Assembly: GCA_964016885.1 (NCBI GenBank)
Contig: OZ024740.1
Coordinates: forward strand, 143,778,001-143,842,000
Source of the DNA: Eledone cirrhosa
Lineage: Eukaryota
Length of the DNA: 64,000 bases
Direction of reading: 5' to 3'
Shown: one piece after another, positions 24,646 through 36,823 of the stretch
How the letters are laid out: the number at the start of each line of letters is the position of its first letter
How positions within the stretch are numbered: the first letter of the stretch is position 1
Position numbers and translations under genes: made by a program
The notes under the pieces: generated by a model
The model's input: only the letters and a program-made list of their open reading frames with translations
Told to the model about the DNA's origin: nothing
Database searches by the model: none

Positions 24646-25678
24646 CGTGAATTTTAGGAAGATTTTGCATGTTATTGTTATCTAAGTATTTAATTTTATT
24701 CATGTAGCCAGCTCTATGTAAAGCATCATTGTAATATTCTGCCTTATTATCAAAATTATATTTATTAGCTGAAATGCGTGAAATTTGTTACTGGACACTA
24801 TTGACAATAATATTTTTTATATTCCTAGGATGGTTAGAATTGAAGCTTACGTAGTTTAGGTTTTCATTAATTTTATGGAAAGGATAATATAGACCTGAGT
24901 TAAGGTTTAAAGTTACATCTAAGAAGTTAACAGTTTTATTATTATTCTCAATTTCTAATTTAAAGTTGTAGTTATTGAAAAATTCTATGATAGATTTCTT
25001 TTTCCTATTAAGTTCACTGTTGCTATGGTTTTCGATTAAAAGTAACATATCGTCACGATATAAACCTCCGGTCATCTCTGGCATTTTTCTATGTAGTACA
25101 TTAAGAATAAATAATCCAACGAGGTCTGTTACTTAGGTTGAGTCCGATGATTCCATAGTGATATCAAAATTGTTCTGTCTATCAGCTCTTGTCCAGAGAT
25201 GGTTATTAAATTCGATTAGGGTTTTACGTGCGGTTAGAATGATATTTATTTCACCACTAGATAGGTCTGTATATTTAGAAGTGTAAATAAGTGCCTTATT
25301 AAGTAAACTAGTGGTAATTGAGGAATAGTAATTTGTGAATTGAAGACATTTTTTATATACTTACCTGCCTAAACTCTATCAACTCAAAGAAAGAAATATT
25401 CAGTTCCTGCAGACATCGCCAAAAAATGACTTTCCGAAGTATTTTTAATCTATAGTATATATTTCACTTGTTCACATTTTATATATCTTCACTGTGCTTC
25501 TGTCGATGTTTAGTGGTGATTTTTAAATGATATTTTTCTTTTTATGTAATATTTTTACAAATTATTTTTACAAATGATATTATTTTCCAATTGATATTCT
25601 TCTTAATGTTTTTTAATTGATATTTTGAAATATATCCTTTTTGTGATAGTTTCTAAATACACTAATGATGTCTGTAAT
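23030..25678 (-). mobile_element. Naiad-like PLE, 5'-truncated, with inverted 5' pLTR
   Basis: FDITM.SSD, GGLYRDD, VNFLDVTLNL, IIWYSPPFS, CNCRNESNCPL, YIGAT..FKER; ORF remnant ~23834-25335 with stops. 25340-25678 is an inverted copy of ~23593-23947. Confidence 0.9.
23138..23462 (+). mobile_element. SINE family A inserted into the PLE hammerhead
   Basis: Same sequence as the 18385 copy; it splits the GAAATAT|ATAATAAAATA segment of the HHR on the minus strand. Confidence 0.9.
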
Positions 25679-26074
25679 AATATTTTCTTCCTAATTGACT
25701 ATATAGATAATATCTAAATAGATATATATAAGAAATTATCATCTTTGAAAATATGTAGTATAAAATACCGTATAATCATACACAAAATAATATATAACAT
25801 TTTCTCTACATACATTCCACATTTTTTAAGTAAATTCTAAAATAAATGACAAATCTAACGTAAATAGTGTAACTAAGAGACATTGAAGTTATCTTTTCCT
25901 TTATAATGTAGCACGCATAAACATCTCCTCTTCTTAACAACATAAATACTAAATTCTCTATAATTTCGTTAACTTAATAATTTTCCGTAAATGTTTTCTA
26001 TCTTGATGGAACTATTTGAATGTACAAAAAGTTCTTCTCAAATAAAATTTGAACTATGTCTTTTTCTTAAAAGA

Positions 26075-29000
26075 GAACCTGACTCTGAAAATCGCAAGGT
26101 TCTCAGATACATCTTGATTCTACGAAGCAGATTTTCCTATGTCCTTTTACATCGATATACTTTGCCTGTCGGCTTAGATCCTGTTGTTGTCATTCTATGA
26201 GTAGTCAGCCATTGTACACGTCATCGGTATTTCTAGCCACTCATGGTTGTCCACTATTTGGTTCTTTTCATTCTCCACCTGTCAATCAAATTTGTTTCTT
26301 AGGTCGGAATTACTACTGTAGAGGTAAGGGGTTGTATGCTTAAACCACTGGCGGCAGTTCAACGTCTTCACTGTCTTTAGGCGCCCTCTCCTACACCGAT
26401 CGCGTACACACCCGCAACTGTATTGTATACAACGATCACCGTAAATAATGCTTGGAGGGAATTTTAAAATCAAATTAGAAAATATTAGAAAAATATTAGA
26501 AAAATATTTAGTATAACGTTTCAAGAACGCAGCCTCAGAATACCTATCATGTGGCAATATAAGCCCGAACATGCATGCACATACATATTTCAAAAAGAAA
26601 AAAAAACTCTGTACAAAGAACGTTTTTAAATGAATGCTTGGAACAGCCTTTCAAAAAAAGTTATTTCGAAGGCATTTTTGATAAATATACAGATATATAC
26701 ACTCACACACTGTACTCAGGGGAACGTGTATAGTTAAGACGCTGCACATATATACACAGATGAAAAAAAGAAAGATCTACACATAGGCATTCATACCCTC
26801 ACACAGACATGTTCATACAATTACATCCACCCAGACATGTGCATACACATGCGCATGCATATCTGCATGGACGCACATACATACATGTACCTGCGCATGC
26901 TCATATCGAGGGCGAATACTTGATGAATGTCCTCCCATCCGTACACACACGCGCAGCTGTGCACATGGTGCACATAGTATTATATGGGACAACGTTCTTG
27001 AGGCTTGGACCCAACCCTATCATGTGGCGATATAAGCCCGAACATGCATGCACAATATGCATAAATGTTATAGCTGCATAGTATTCCTGCACTAATCACA
27101 TATAACGTGGGTGGCACATATATATTTTTTAAATGCCTGTACGTACATAAAATAAAATAATATAAAATAATATAATATAATATAATATAATATAATATAA
27201 TATAAAATAAAATAAAATAAAATAAAATGCTGGAAAAAGGAATGTATACATGACAAGGATGCAGAGGGGGTCTGGACATTATTGGGGTGTGCGTAAAGTT
27301 GCATAAAATACTTGAGGGCTGTGGTGCATATGGTTATATAATATACATGGGGACTGGTGATCTAATGTACTGGGTAAGAGTCGCCACATGATCCAGGTCT
27401 CATGGCTGGTGGACACATGGGGACCTTGCGTGCATACACAAACAAGTTATATATATTGTGGATGTGTAGAACATCCATTTCATAATAGTATATATGAGGT
27501 ATACATGTAGTGGATGTATACATGGAATATATAGGGTGTGTGTTTCATAACAGTATATATGAAATGTACGTGGAATGTATGCATGATTGGAATGTACCAG
27601 CGGCTTGTGTTGTAGGCATGTATATATCAATGGCAGGCAAAGTTAAAATTAACGGCGACATTAACCTTAAGACCAGCATCAGGTCCGGCATCTAAGCAGC
27701 AAATTAAACACCACAAATCGAAGATCGAAAATCAAAGATTGGAAATTAAAAAATTTGGGAATTTAAAATCACACATCGGTGTGTAGACCAAATCAGACTT
27801 ATATTGAGTCGGTGCCCGCAAATTGGTGTGGTGGTGCTATCCAAGGTATGTTATGAGGTAGGCATCGCTGGGTCTGTCGTTGATATCAGCTTGTTCCGAC
27901 ATGCATTCATAGGTATGCTGTGTTATATATCGTGGTCCGCTGCACGCGCCCCACCTGGTATTGTGATGGCGGTAGTGCCTTAGGTAGACCCATGGTGATT
28001 TCAGATTTGAGGTTGACTGCGTCGTCCTTAAGTTTTACAATCTCCATAGCCTCGGACAGGCATAACTTGCACTTCCTCTCGCCAGCCGAGTACACATTCG
28101 CTCCCTGTACAATACTCCATGCCACTGTCTTTGAGTCCCCATACTAAGTCCGCCAGTCTGGTGGAGTGTCTCTTGTTCTTGTCCTTGAACGAGTTCTTGT
28201 GGTTGTACATCCTCGATTTAAAAGTCGTGGATGTAGCTCCGATGTATGTGTGCCTATCGTTGTGCGTGGTAACCACACATCTGTAAACAATGCCTTTAGT
28301 CAGGCACATTCGCTGTAGAGTGCACTCCTCTCCAACACGGCAGTTACAGGTCCGTACATCATTATTGTAATTCCCCTTATTTGGGCCTGGCGTCTTATTT
28401 GGGTTCTCCCCGGTCCTCAAGTGGGCTCCGGCAGAGTGGTGGACTCAGTGTTCACCACCAGCTGGTCTCTGTTGGCAGGTGTGGGATCCTCCGCGGCCAC
28501 AGCTCCGCCCCCAGGCACATCTCCAGAACCACTAGCCACTTCCACGTGCGCTCCTCTCAGCCCCCTGGCGTGTCTGGGGCCTGATCGGGATGTCAGTGGG
28601 GTGTCCTCAATTTCAACGCGTTGGCCTTGGCCATGTAGTCTGCCATGTTGGGTGCCGTGGAAAATGAGAAAACTTCACGGTGTATCGGTTGAATATTTTG
28701 TGGTACCTGTGTGAAGTCGGGAAACACTCGTCCAATGCCCTAAAGAAGAGACCTAGCACGTTAGTGCGTACATGCTTCGAGTATGGTGCATTGAACCATG
28801 TTATGTTTCTAGGTCTGTTTCTATTTCGTCGTCTGCTACTAGTAGTGTGTGCATTGCCATGTTGTTCTCTCGGGTTACGCCCTACTCCTATTTGAACCCC
28901 TATTCTATCGCTATGCTATTACTATACTATTACTTAAGTCTGTGGAAAGGCATTCACTCACTATGTTGTTCTGGACACGTTTACTAGCCCTAGTTCTCGT

Positions 29001-30698
29001 CCCTGTCCTGCTACCCGAGTATCCTGCCGTATCATTGTTCGTATTCTTAATCTTGGTGTTATCCCTATCGTGTTCAAAGTTCCGTGCAGCGTTATCTACT
29101 TCACTATCTTTGGTTTCCCCGTCCTGGTCTGTGCTGTTACTACAGTTCAGTCCGTATGTGCTAGGGTCCCTAGGGTTCCCATGCGCCCTCATTCGTCTAT
29201 CCGTCGTGCTGCCATTACTGTCGTGTGTAATGCTCCTATTTATACCGTTATGTGTGTGTCTACGGGTAGAATATCTGCCTATGTTAGTACTAATGGTATC
29301 CGGGTGTTTGCGTTCCTCGCTATGGGGCCTGTCCTTGTCCGGGGTGTACACTATGGCTTCTGTGTAACCAGCCCTACCCAGTGCCTCGTTGTAGTAGTCG
29401 GCGTGCTGATTGAACACATCCACGTTGGCGGACAATGTAGATACGCGGTTGATACCCCCTTTACTATAGCGTCTATAACCGACTTGGGGTAGTTTGAGTG
29501 CCTGTTTACGTACTGCAGGTTCTCGTTGGGCTGGTGATATGGTCGGTGTAAGCTTGTATCCACTTCTAAGGATACGTCTAGGAAGTTTACTGTCTTAGTG
29601 CTATTTTCTATTAGCACGGATAAGCCGTGCTGCTTAAAGAAATATGAGATGCGCTTCCGCATTCGCTCCAGCTAGATAGAGTTTAATGAGCGGAAGGTAA
29701 ATAGGGCGTTGTCTCTATAAAACCCCCCGCCTATCCCTGGAATCTCCTCTGCTAACCTATGGAGTAGATAAATTCCCACCAGGTCCGTCACCTGTGCGGA
29801 GTCGCTCGAGCCTATGGTAATGTCAAAACTGTCAGGTTTGTCTCTCCTTTCCCATAGTCTACCATCAAACCTAATGAGCGTCTTTCTAGCAGCTATAATG
29901 ATGTCCACTTCTCCTCTAGTTAGGTTGGACCTGGCCATAGCGCTCATGAGGGCCTTGTTTACAATTACTGGTGAGATGGAAGCATAGTAATTTGCTATGT
30001 TCAGCTGCACAAAGTCCACTTGCTGTTTGGTAGGCAGCGCTGTGAACCAGTCGATTACCTCCTTAGTGGAAGTCCATAAGCTAAGTCTATTTCTATTCAT
30101 AAGTGTGGGCAGGATCCTATCTGTTATATTCTTACTGGCCCTACCTAGGTCTGACTTGGAGGGTGCTATTAGTCTAACCGGGAGGTTAGTCTAAAAGTCT
30201 AATTTACGATCCTTGATAGAAATCCGCGGTTTTCTAGGTACGTACTGTTCTGTCCTGTCTTTGAAACGTTATGCTAAATATTTTTCTAATATTTTTCTAA
30301 TTTGATTTTAAAATTCCCTCCAAGCATTATTTACGGTGATCGTTGTATACAATACAGTTGCGGGTGTGTACGCGATCGGTGTAGGAGAGGGCGCCTAAAG
30401 ACAGTGAAGACAGCGAAGTGCCGCCAGTGGTTTAAGCATACAACCCCTTACCTACTACAGTAATAATTCCGACCTAAGAAACAAATTTGATTGACAGGTG
30501 GAGAATGAAAAGAACCAAATAGTGGACAACCATGAGTGGCTAGAAATACCAATGACGTGTACAATGGTTGACTACTAGAATGACAACAACAGGATCTAAG
30601 CCGACAGGCAAAGTATATCGATGTAAAAGGACATAGGAAAATCTGCTTCGTAGAATCAAGATGTATCTAAGAACCTTGCGATTTTCAGAGTCAGGTTC
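26075..30698 (-). mobile_element. GC-rich Naiad-like PLE bounded by ~440-bp inverted repeats
   Basis: RT (NYYASIS, FDITIGSSDSAQVTDLVG, GGFYRDN), WFNAPYS, CNCRVGEECTL and GIVY..YIGAT..FKSR over ~27950-30255, with frameshifts; 26075-26524 is inverted at 30261-30698. Confidence 0.9.
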
Positions 30699-30942
30699 GA
30701 TCATCACATCGATCGTGCAACGAGCTGGTCGCCAGAGAAACGATTGTAATATGTCCAATAAATTCCATTCAATGACAACACTGATTCTCTTTTTTTTTTT
30801 TCTGTGATTCTCTTTTTTTTCTGGTCTATGAGAGCATCGAGTGCTCATACGGCCTACCGCATACGGACGCTTTAAGCATCCAACACCAATTATATATATA
30901 TATATATATGTATATATATGCACATATATATGTATATATATG

Positions 30943-31019
<77 letters not shown>

Positions 31020-31035
31020 ACATATACACATATAT

Positions 31036-32680
31036 CTAGAATCAAAAGGCCTTAAAGTTAACTTGTCTAAGACTAAAGTACTAGTTTGTAGAAAGGAAAA
31101 TAAGGCACAGATGCCCTCAGGGAAATGGCCATGCTCAGTGTGTAGGAAAGGAGGAGGCAGAAATTCCATTTTATGTCCCAAATGCAAAGTATGGGTTCAT
31201 AAAAGATGTAGTGGGATCACAGGTAAACTATCTAAGTACGTAGACTTGTAGTGACCTATATTCCACGGGCTCACATACATTCTCTGTGTGTGATTTGGCT
31301 CAGCTCAACCAATAAGCGCCAGCAGAAGAGAATGTATCCCTATGCTCCATGAGGGAGAAATTCCCCATGACGATTTGAAGAATCTGTCTCTCACATTCTG
31401 AACTTCGAAGGAACGACACGTACAATATGTAACGCTGAGATTTTCACTTTGGCCTGCCGGCCTGCCTCAAGCCTAGTACAATGGCACATTCCTTTTGTAA
31501 TCCTTTTATGTATAAAACTGCTACAATCCAACATGTTTGTCACACACCACATCAATTCTTGTTATAGACTTTATATGTGGCCGATGCTCAGGTGCAATAA
31601 GTAGCAAGTGTCCACAGGATACTAGCTCCTTCTATTGCCCAGATGGGTCTATAGAAATAGTAGACACTTTCCGTTACCTGGGTGACGAAATCAACAGTGG
31701 TGGAGGGTGTTCTGAAAGTACAGTAGCCAGAGTCAGAACAGGATGGAAAAAGTTCAGAGAGCTTATACTACTGTTGGCCAAAAAAGGTTTCTCTCTAAAA
31801 ATGAAAGGCAGATTGTATGATGCGTGTATATGAACAGCAATGCTACATGGCAGTGAGACATGGGCATTACATGCAGAGGATCTGCGCAGACTGGAAATGA
31901 ACGAAGCATGCATGCTCCGTTGAATATGTAATAGTAATATACGTGAACGGCAAAGCATAAATGAACTAAGTGAGAAATTAGGAATAAGAGGGATCAGATG
32001 CTGTTTACTTGAGAAAAGACTACGTTGGTATGGCCACGATATGCGCATGAAAGACGACAGCTATATAAAAAAGTGCAGGGCGATCAAAATTGATGGAAGT
32101 TATGGAGTAGGTAGACCCAGAAAAACCTGGGACGATCTGATAAATTCTGACCTTACACACTTGTACCTCTCTAAGACAATGTCACTGGACCGAGATCTTT
32201 GGCGCTACGCAGTAATACAGAAGACCCGCCTTGCCTATGTGCATAGTGAAACCTAGTCAGTAGTCACCGCTTAACAAAATATACACCCCATCCCGCTACC
32301 CCCTACTCCACCCTCCCACTCTCGCCAACACCACCCTTTCTCTGTAAAGTTATGTTGATACCACAACATCCAGTCCAAAATAAATGAGGTCGTGAGAAAA
32401 TGAAATCGAGATCGTGTAGGTATCACGACAAAAAAACACACAGTCCACGCTGTAATGTGGCCGTGTAGGTAACACGGTAAAAAGTTCCCAGTTCCACACT
32501 TTAAATATAGTTGGTGTTAGGAAGGGCATCCAGCCGTAGAAAACCTGCGAGATAGTCATATATATGAGCGAGACACAGTTACCCGACCAACCTTGCCTCA
32601 AGTCGGACATCTCCCGTCTAACCCGTGCTAGCGTGCAAGATAGACGTTAAACGAAAATGATGATGATGATGATGATGATG
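31036..32680 (+). mobile_element. RTE LINE 3' portion with PHD-type insert, 3' UTR and (GAT)n tail
   Basis: [56 protein letters not shown]. Confidence 0.92.
31247..31566. mobile_element. Solo LTR inserted in the LINE
   Basis: TGT...ATA ends and a 4-bp TSD GACT (31243-46, 31567-70); removing it restores the LINE frame KYVD|FICGRC. Confidence 0.75.
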
Positions 32681-32684
32681 ATAT

Positions 32685-32724
<40 letters not shown>

Positions 32725-33530
32725 GAAGGTGCATGGCTTAGTGGTTAGAGCATTGGGCTTGCAATCGAAAGGTTGTGAGTTCAATTCTTGGACCAGGTGA
32801 TGCGTCGTTTCCTTGAGCAAGATACTTTATTTCACATTGCTCCAGTTTACTCAGCTGTAGAAATGAGATGATAGGACTGGGGTCCTTTAGTATGTTGCTA
32901 GACCCAGAGTTATTTGCTCTAGTAAATATCACCGGAATCTAGCTACTAAATTTTATAAAGAAAAAGATAAGATATTTTGCATAACACCATGTCAAATTAG
33001 AGTTAATTCCTATTACAAAGGTAATGATAAAACGTAGGCAGTTTCTCGGAATGAGTATCAAATATAAGTCTTCATTTTATTGTAGCTCCATGTTACAATT
33101 GTGGTTCATAAATAATCTTCTATATATTGGTATAATCCAGATCCAAGAAAAATATGTGCTGTCGCTCTGCATTCCCTTGCCTGAGTGGTAATGATTTGGT
33201 GATGTCACTTTGTGACGTCAGAGCTATGTGCCGGTAACTCTGCATAGTTGTCCCCAAGCACACGACAGATGTCGCTTCGCTACAGTCCCTATCATTCCAC
33301 TACAAAGTGGTCGTGGAGGTACCACGGCAAAAAAGCACCCAGCACTCACTGTAAATGAGGTTGGTGTTAGGAAGGGCATCCAGCTGTAGAAATCAAGCCA
33401 GAATCAGATCCTGTATGAGTAAGACAAGGTCAGCCGACCAGACACTGCCCACAACAGGACAACCCATCTAACCCATGCTAGCGTGGAAGAACGGACGTAA
33501 AACGGTGATGATGATGATGATGATGATGAT
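32725..33530 (+). mobile_element. SINE family A interrupted by a solo LTR
   Basis: Head at 32725-32885, continuation at 33285-33530 ending in (GAT)n. Confidence 0.85.
32886..33284 (-). mobile_element. Probable solo LTR
   Basis: TTTAG(TGTAG)...CTACA termini, TSD GTCC, and TATA and AATAAA motifs on the minus strand. Confidence 0.6.
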
Positions 33531-33532
33531 GA

Positions 33533-34147
33533 TATTACGGAATACTCCTATGTTTTACCGGCGAAGATTCAAAACCGAATCTGAGCTTTCTTGCCTCTGG
33601 GACAATCTATCGGAAGTTCTCACCATTGTCTTGTCATGACAACGATGATGAATGTACATTCCATTTAACCTGTGACCCCCAACTTCTTGGGAGATGACCA
33701 TAAATCAACCTCATATATCCATCCTTCTAACTTTAGCACTTACTATAAATACAAGGAGTTAAGGAACCCAAGGGTTAGACTCGAAGCAGCAGTCAACGAG
33801 ATAACGATGTAGCATCAGTAGACCTGTCACTCTATCTTTCTCCTGGCCCTTACTGGCTTACCTCCTCGGCCACCGAAACATATTGTTACATTATACTCTC
33901 ATCCTATTCTTCCCTGTCGTATTGTATCTGCAAGACACAACACAACTGTTACATCATCTTCTCTGATACATGGATTCACGTTAGCTCGTAGCAGCTAATA
34001 GTTTAATGTACGGATATTTTCATGCCATAAATGTTATTACTCAGTGTTCAAATCAAATATTGTTATTATAAAATAAACATTAACAACTCAATCATGGCAT
34101 TATTCTTTTCATCAAAAGACCCATCAAAAGAATACAATTTATCCGTT

Positions 34148-34150
<3 letters not shown>
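33533..34150 (+). mobile_element. Probable solo LTR
   Basis: Inverted termini TATTACGGA...TCCGTTACA, TATAAATA at ~33744 and AATAAA at ~34072. Confidence 0.6.
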
Positions 34151-34178
<28 letters not shown>

Positions 34179-36372
34179 CAGTGGTGTAGCTAGGGTGTGG
34201 CAAGCAGGGCACATGCCACGGGCACCATATTTAGGCGCAATTTCGACCTAGATCGCTTTACATCCATGTCGTTTTTATCATTTTAAAAAATATAAGCCAA
34301 AAATGAAGCATGTGATTTCTTGATAGCCGACTTCCACGCCATGTCTAGTGCACTAGACAGAGCAGATGTCTGTCTGTGACAGCAGGGTGGGTTGCAATTA
34401 TGTGGGCGCTATTTTTAGCTATACATTGCAAAACAGCAGATACCTCACTTGACCCCCCCCCCCACACACACACACACAGTGACAGAAGGGACGTAGTTTG
34501 GGACATGCAACGCAGGCGCTATTTTTAGTAATGCATTGCAATGACCAATACAAGATAATTATAATTATGAAGCTGGTTTACAAAACAGAGTAGTTTGTCT
34601 TTTACAACTGGTACATAAGACGTATAGAAAAGGCATCATAATCCAAATGACCAGATAGGATCGGATAGCTTCTATTAGGAATTCAATTTGACTCCAGTTT
34701 AGATGGTTCAATGTTTTCTTCTATAATATAGTTCATCAGAATTTACTAAATCGTATCCAAAAAGCAAGATACTATGGTCTGCTGATTGATTCGACCCCTG
34801 ACCAGGCGCACCTAGAACAACTGTCAAAAGTTGTGCGATATGACGATGTTGATTTCAATATGAAGATGGTCGTTGTGAGGGAATCTTTTCTTGGATTCAT
34901 TCAAATAATCAAAAAAGATACCGCAAGCCTTGTTGAAACAATCGTGAAAGAGCTAGAAAAAGATGACCTACCACTGCAGAACTGTCGATCGCAGTGCTAT
35001 GACAATGCTGCCATAATGGCTGGGCACCGCATTGGGGTTCAGCAGAGAATGAGAGAAGAAGAATTTGATTCACTTCGTTAAGTGCGATAACCATTCACTT
35101 AATCTGGCTGGTCTTCATGCAGCCAAAAACGATTCTGCTATGATAAACTTTTTCAGTTGCATTGACTCGTTATACAACCTTTTTTCTCGTTCAACATGAC
35201 GATGGGAAGCCCTTAAAGAAGTTGCTCCAGTGGTTGTTAAATATCCTTCCGACACACGGTGGAGTGCTAGATGTACCGCAGTCAGACCGGTGGCGAATTA
35301 TCTGATGCTGATTGTTCAAGTTCTCGAAAAAATTAGTGATGATGAAACAGAGACATGCGAGAGTAGAAGTGATGCCAGTAATCTCCATAATCGGATACTG
35401 AGTTCTGAATTCCTGAACTTGATTGGATTCTGGAAGACGATTCTCTCACGAATTGACCGGGTTCAAAAGAGACTTCAAGATGCAAGAATTAATTTTCACG
35501 ATGCTGCAGCTGATATAGGAGCCCTTCAACTTTATTTTAAAGAAGAAGGAACATCCTTAATCCACGAGTCTCTTGAAATGGGCTTCGACCTCTGCCAGAA
35601 ATGTAATGTTGATTTTCCGAGGAGGCGAGGAAGACGACAAACCAATACCGAAATTACTGAGGACGTTGAGGTGGCTGCCAGAAAAGAGATAGAGAGAGCA
35701 ATGCAAAGTTCACTCAATCGTCTTCAAACAGAAATGGAAGAACGGTTTATTCGACTTAAAGAAACCGACTCAAGTTTTGGCTTTCTTCTTGATGTCAACT
35801 ATCTGTTTTATTTGGCTGCTCCTGATAACCTTGTCCTTAAACAAAGGTGCAACAGTCTTACGGAAATATACAACTCCGACATCGACGGAGAGCAATTGTA
35901 TGAGGAAATCTTGGATTGCCGATCTTTGCTGGATACTAAGACAGCTGAACAATTTTAAAGCCGGAGGCACTTCTCCAATTCACCATACAATACGGCAATG
36001 AATGTGTTTTTCCCAATTTGCGAATCAGCATTCAAATAATGTTGACGATTTCTATTTCAATTGCCAGTTACGAGAGGTTGTTTAACAAGCTGAAGCTAAT
36101 ACATTCGTATTTGCAAACCTCAATGGGCCAACAACGGTTGACTGACCTCGCCCTTTTGAGTGTAGAAATCGAAGAGTTTGAACGAACTGATTTCGAGGAA
36201 ATTATCAACCAGTTTGCCTCATTAAAAGCCCGAAAAATCAAGTTGTAACCGTTTTTTGTTTTTTTATTATAAATTCTACCGCAATTTCGTCTTTGTGGAC
36301 CTTGACTTTTTGATGGGGGGAGGGCAATTTTGATGCTTGCCCTGGGCGCCGTTTACCCTAGCTACGCCACTG
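34179..36372 (+). mobile_element. hAT DNA transposon (ZMYM1-like transposase), non-functional
   Basis: 18-bp TIRs CAGTGGTGTAGCTAGGGT / ACCCTAGCTACGCCACTG within (TA)n. Motifs DSTPD..H.EQL, SQCYDNAA.M.G, C.NHSLNL, DTRWS and S.ER.F.KLK.I...L...M.Q.RL..L (hAT dimerization). Stops, frameshifts and a missing N-terminus. Confidence 0.92.
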
Positions 36373-36400
36373 TATATATATATATATATATAAATATATA

Positions 36401-36822
36401 TATGAAAGACGACAGCTGTATAAAAAAGTGCAGGGCGATCAAAATAGACAGTAGCCACGGAGTAGGCAGACCCAGAAAAACCTGGGACAACTTGATAAAT
36501 TCCGACCTCACACACTTACACTTCTCCAAGACAATGTCACTGGACCAAGATCTTTGGCGCAACACAGTAAAACAGAAAACCCGCCTTGTCTAAGTACAAA
36601 GTGAAACCTACAGTCAGTAGGCACCTCTTAACAAAAATACACCCCAGTCCCACTACCCCCACCCCATCCCCACCACACCTTTCGATGTAAAGTTATGTTG
36701 GTACTACAACATCCAGTCCTAAATAAATGAGGTCGTGTAGGTGTCACGACAAAAAAACACACAGTCCACGCTGTAATGTGGCCGTGTAGGTAACACGGTA
36801 AAAAGTTCCCAGTTCCACACTT
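36401..36822 (+). mobile_element. RTE LINE 3' end
   Basis: MKDDSCIKKC..GRPRKTWD plus a 3' UTR matching 32045-32500. Confidence 0.88.
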
Positions 36823-36823
36823 T

